From assembly GCA_013265495.1 (NCBI GenBank), contig MU057887.1, forward strand, positions 3,259,576-3,323,575: a stretch of 64,000 nt of DNA, written 5' to 3'. Shown here in pieces: positions 59,383-64,000 of this stretch. Both the position numbers and the translations under genes were made by a program. A model generated the notes under the pieces. That model did no database searches and was not told the DNA's origin. It was given only the letters and a program-made list of their open reading frames with translations. The stretch's first letter is position 1, and each line of letters opens with the position of its first letter. The stretch is from Vicugna vicugna. Taxonomy: Eukaryota.

Positions 59383-60949
59383 TGGAGGAGTCGTGATAGG
59401 ACCCGCTTCAAGGGTGACCGCGAGTCCGCGTCCACCACCCCGGACAGAAGGCTGGGGGTGCTGCAGGGCCCCAAGCCGGCATCGGGCTCGGCCTCCCGGC
59501 CTCGGCTGGTCCCCCGAAGACTCGAATCTTCCAGGCGGGATTACACTGTCATCACTAAGGCACGTTTAATGCTTTTAACAGTAGCAGAGCAGCGTGCACA
59601 CCCGCTCCTGGTCCCCAGCACCCTCTCCGAGCCGCCCTCTGAGCTGCGCCACGGGAAGACTGAGGAGAGATTTCATAAGGGGCTCATCTAAATATTTAAC
59701 AGGAACACACATTGGCGCTTAGAGCCGGGAAGCATGGGGGACACCGTGGTCCCCAACAAGGGTTGTCTGCACCGCGGCCGAACCACTGCATCACCAGCCT
59801 CTTGAGCTGGGTGCTCAGCCCCTGGCTGTCCTCGGGGCTCCATCTGCCCGACCCCCAGAGCAGGACAGTGGCGGGGCCCGGCCCCCACCCCATGGCCGCC
59901 TGATTAGGAGCTGAGGGAGTCCCACTCCCTTGACCTGTGGGCCTTGCGCGTTTCGCTCCGGCGTCAGGAGTGAAGGTGACGCAACGGCTGAGAACACACT
60001 GCAGCCCCCGCTCCTGGTGGCAGTGGTTGCCGTCTGAGCCTCCAAGCCTGCAGATCCGTTCATCTCACGCCTGAGGAGTTTCCGTCTGATTGATGGCAGC
60101 CCCGGACCCTCCCCGGACCCGCGGAGCTACACTAATCTGCAAACTAAAACAATATTAGCAAACTGTTAATGGTCCATGAAACCGCGGCGCGGCCGTGGTC
60201 ACGGTCAGGACGACAGCCGCGTACCTGCGTTCCCACGCGGCGGGCGGCCAAGCCGGGCGCAACCCCCGTCACCGAGGGGGACCTGCAACTCAAATAGAGC
60301 TTAATTCAGCTAATTCAGAGCTGAGTTGGTTTGGACAGCGGCTGGACCCCGGCAAGTGGACAGATGAAGACACCACACGTGTGTGATGTGGCCCAGATGC
60401 AGGTGTGGACCCAGCCAGAACCACAAGGAGTAACCTTCGCTGTCATGTGTTAAGGACCCGAAAGCGTCGTGCTGAGCAGCTCCCCCGGTGAACTCTGTGC
60501 ATTTACTAACTCGGCCTGATTCGGCATTTTGACCGATGAGGACGGGGGTGGGGGTGGCGTGGAAGCTGGACCCCCCACAGGGGAGAGCCCAGAGCCTGGT
60601 GACGGGGCGGGGGCAGAAATGCAGCCGTCAGCACAACGGTGCCACCACGTCCTCCGGGAGCGGGAAGCACCATCAATACAACGAAGACAGCTGTGTAGGA
60701 GGAAGTTACCGATTGCTCCTTCCCACAGGGAACACTTTCCTCCTCTTAGGGACCAGGGTGATGGGAACGGCCGGAGAAGGCGGCCCGGGAAGTCGGGCTG
60801 GGCCGGGCGGCGCAGGGACCCGGGCGGGCGTGGCCGCCTGCGGGCGGCTCGGCGGTCAGGAGCGCGGCTCTGGCCCAGCAGAGGCTTCCTGGCACAGTCC
60901 TGTCTCCAGACGTGGGCGGGAGTGGCCCCAGTTCGCAGGAGAAAGTCGT

Positions 60950-62950
60950 GCCCAATGTGACCTTCATGATTTCCGGATATTAAAGTCTCCCCAAAGGGAG
61001 CTCGCATCCAAAAATCACCAACACACGAAGGAAACCACCCCCATGAAAAAATCAACAGGAGCGTAGCAAATGGTAACTTCACCCCCACGTGGACCTCACA
61101 TATGAGAACAGACACAGCAGAGCGTAAATTACCCGTTTGTAAAATGCTTAAGGAAATAAAACAGGAATTGCCGAAAAGTGAGTGAGGAGCAATGAATTGG
61201 CGGAAATAGAAAAAAAAATTGCCCCTGGAAACGAATATCAGAATTTCTAAAATAAAATTCAGTGGATGGGCAAACAGCTGAAGAGAGAAAAATTAATGAG
61301 CTGGAAGCTGTATCTGAACAAAGAACCCGACTGCATCACACACAGAGTACGAGGCGGTCACTCCGGAAGCACGTGTAAACCCACGTGAGGCAGGGTCCCC
61401 TCCGGCACACGCCGGGCACATCGCAAACATCACTGGACGCAGGGCACACGTGCGGCGGGCAGTCACGTCAGGAGTCAGCGGTCGCAGATGACTTGTCTGA
61501 ACTCACAAGTTGGGAATCCACGGACACATCCCTGGCGGGAGTGAGAAGCTACTTGGACGTGAAGGACAGTGACCACGCCGCCTTTCAAGACAGGTGGGAT
61601 GCAGCAGAAGAGGGACTTTGAGAAAAGCTATGGAACGTAAGCCCAGGACATGGAGACCCAAAATGCAGAAAATCAGAAGGCGCAGGTGCAAGGAAAGCGG
61701 ATACAAATGAGGTAATTAACTAGACTCCAGAGGAAGAAGAGCACGGAAAACAGACAACACGGCCCGTCCTGGGGAGGGACTGAGCAGATAAGCCAAGTCC
61801 CCAGCGAGATCAGTGAGCGGGGGCAGCAGGTGTGAAACATCAGACGTTTTAATAAGGAAGTGAGGAGGCTGGCCGGACCGGGAGCAGACAGTGACTAGGA
61901 AGAAAGAGAACGCTGTGAGCAAATTTGCAGGACACACTGGGAAACTTAACCACACAACCTTCCAAAGAATCAAAACATGCTTAGGAAAGAAACAGAAATC
62001 CTGCCAGCCCTACAAACACTGAATAAGCGCAGTCCGTGCTTCAAAACACCAGCCCGGGGTGGTCTCAGGGATAAATGCTGCCAACTTCCAGGCACAGACG
62101 TCTGTATTTATAAACTCCTGCAAAGACTAGACAAGGAGCAAACATCTTCCAAATCCTTCAATGATCTGAACATAATTTTGATAACAAAAAAGAACTCAGA
62201 CGCTGAAACTCTAAGCAAGAGTGTTTGTGGAGCTATCCAGTCGTCTACGCAAAGAATGATTATGCTTGCTTCATCCAAGGAGTGCAAGAGTGAGTGAACG
62301 TAAGAACAGCATGTAACTACAGCTCACCCAGCTAGCTCGTTAAAGGAGAATCACCTTATGATTCTCTTGAAAGACACAGAAAGGCACTTCATAAAATCCA
62401 GTGTTTATGAATTTAAAAGCTCTTTGTAGAATACCAACAGACGAAAACTTTCTTGACCCGAAAGGGTTCCTTACCAGAAACGTGATTCTTAAAGGTGAAG
62501 TGAGAGGGGCTCCGTCTGTGACCTTGTCTGCAAAATCCCGTGTGGATTAACTGTGCAAGGTAAAGTCTTCAACTTCCGAGAATACGGTGACAAAACCACC
62601 TCCGTGGTGGGGAACAATTGTTTAAGGCAACTAAACAAGTGTGAAACACTAGCCGTAAAAGTAGACATTGATTAATCTAATTTCATTAAAATATGAACAT
62701 CTGTTCCTCAAAAGACAACACAAAACTGTGAAAAACGGTCATAAACTGAGGGTTGTCAGTGACACACGGCCAACAAGAGAAAGTATGGAAGGTACAAAAG
62801 GCACCAATAAGAAAAAGGCATGTGACTGGACCAAAATTTAAAGGCTGAATTCATTCTTTGGTTGGTTATGCTAGATTCAGAGGGGTTTTTTCAGGTTTTT
62901 CTTTCTATCATAATGTTTTGTAACTTACATGTGCTATTTTATGTGTAGCA
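60950..62950 (+). mobile_element. Degenerate, internally deleted old LINE-1 (L1ME/HAL1-like ORF1 remnant, ORF2 RT remnant, 3' part)
   Basis: ORF1-like 'cagtggatgggcaaacagctgaagagagaaaaattaatgagctggaag'. ORF 61977-62297 KTPARGG...IYKLLQRLDKEQTSSKSFNDLNIILITK resembles ORF2p KTPGPDG...[28 protein letters not shown]. Confidence 0.7.
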
Positions 62951-63349
62951 AACCCAGAGGAAATCTAATAATTCACATAAACTAAGAGTTAATGTGGGCT
63001 TCAGGTTCAGCGTGAACCAGAAGATTAGTGATGTCACCAAAGGTGTGTTTCTTTGGGATTTCTTCCCTGTGACTTTGGGGGGTGGGGAGTTCACCCTCAG
63101 TCTGGCTTCCCTCTTGGTCACAAGGTGGCGTCCAGAAGCTCTCAGCCTGGTTTCTCTGTCCTCTGCCCTGGAGAGAGGGGAATCCAGGCTCCAACATCCC
63201 TGGTTGGGTCCCCCCGGGACAGCCACTCTTACCTGAAACAGGCCTGTGGCCAGAAGGGTGGAAGGGCCTCACCACCCGGTACAGACCACCGGCCCTCCGC
63301 CTGAGGCTGCGAGCTGCTTCTCTGGGAAACTCAGCTTTTCAGGATTGGG

Positions 63350-64000
63350 CGCCAGAAGGGAGGAGCGCGGCCCCGGGGAAGGAGGCAGAACGGTGAGCCG
63401 TCCAGGCCGCCCGGAACCACGGGAAACCCAGCCTGGCTCTGCTGGGTGGAGAAGGTGGCGCTGGGGGGCTGTGGAAGCAAACCAAGGTACTGGAGGGTGT
63501 CCCCAGCAAGGGCGTGCGGCCTCCCGGGCTGACTCTGCTCCGCCGGCTCGAGAGGTGGCGCTCCCACAGCTCCGCCTGCCGCGGGATCCGTGGAGGAGTC
63601 CCGTGCGCACCTGAAGCTACTGCGCACCAGAGCAAGGATGGGCGCTGGGCTTGCCAGAAGCCAGCGAGAGGGTTCGCACTGTGCAGAGCCTGGCCTGCAC
63701 CCGCGCCCGAGGTGACAGCGGCGGGGATACCCCGCCCTCGCCCTCCAGCTTCCCGCCCCGCCTCCCTAGGGCTCCTCTTGCACAGTTCCCCTCAAGACCA
63801 GTTTTGCAAGACGCATAGGCCGTCTGAAGCCCACACCTGCCCGCCAGCGCCAGCCACTGCCCCGCCACGCTCATCGCCCAGTGCTGGAAGGGTGGCGCAC
63901 CCTCGGACGCCGCGCACCGGGCCTCTCCTCCCGGACCTCGCAGGCCGCACCTCGCGTGACGGTCGGGACGCCCACGGACGCGGCGTGTCCTCAGTTCGCA
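63350..64000. promoter_or_regulatory. CpG-island-like segment running off the window end
   Basis: Dense CpG and GC boxes (cccgccc, cccgccccgcc ~63730-63762), with no recognisable repeat. The whole window is CpG-rich, so specificity is low. Confidence 0.35.

Noticed and set aside
1..64000. Hundreds of 60-330 aa ORFs in all six frames
   Set aside because: They overlap on both strands, are dominated by Pro/Gly/Arg/Ala/Ser, often start at GTG/TTG and show no recognisable domain. This is expected where high GC makes stop codons rare.
1..64000. A novel prokaryote-style system (operon, CRISPR-Cas, defence island, retron)
   Set aside because: The sequence is mammalian (L1, L2, MIR, MaLR, SINE). There is no gene-dense operon structure, no repeat-spacer array, and the only RT motifs belong to dead L1 copies.

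Overview
This is mammalian genomic DNA, not prokaryotic. It is GC- and CpG-rich and contains one 142-N assembly gap (56219-56360). A tRNA-derived SINE fragment and a recurring L1 3'UTR (GGGAGTTCAAGATTTGCAGATAC...) point to a cetartiodactyl, most likely a camelid; this rests on recalled consensus sequences, not a search. I could not identify any host protein-coding exon, RNA gene or CRISPR array. The hundreds of Pro/Gly/Arg/Ala-rich ORFs look like by-products of GC content, and the only recognisable peptides are LINE-1 ORF2 remnants. The window reads as a gene desert or large intron with three components. (i) Old transposon fossils: L1M/L1ME/L1MC, L2, MIR, MLT1 LTRs and one Charlie-type hAT element. 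(ii) About eight 5'-truncated lineage-specific L1 3' ends, several nested in older elements. (iii) Short AT-rich non-repetitive islands carrying PBX-HOX, MEIS, SOX, GATA and homeodomain motifs that resemble developmental enhancers. The most striking pattern is pervasive A/T->G/C rewriting of the transposon fossils, as expected from GC-biased gene conversion near a chromosome end. I found no convincing evidence of a previously undescribed biological system. Repeat subfamily names and most repeat boundaries are approximate, by-eye calls.
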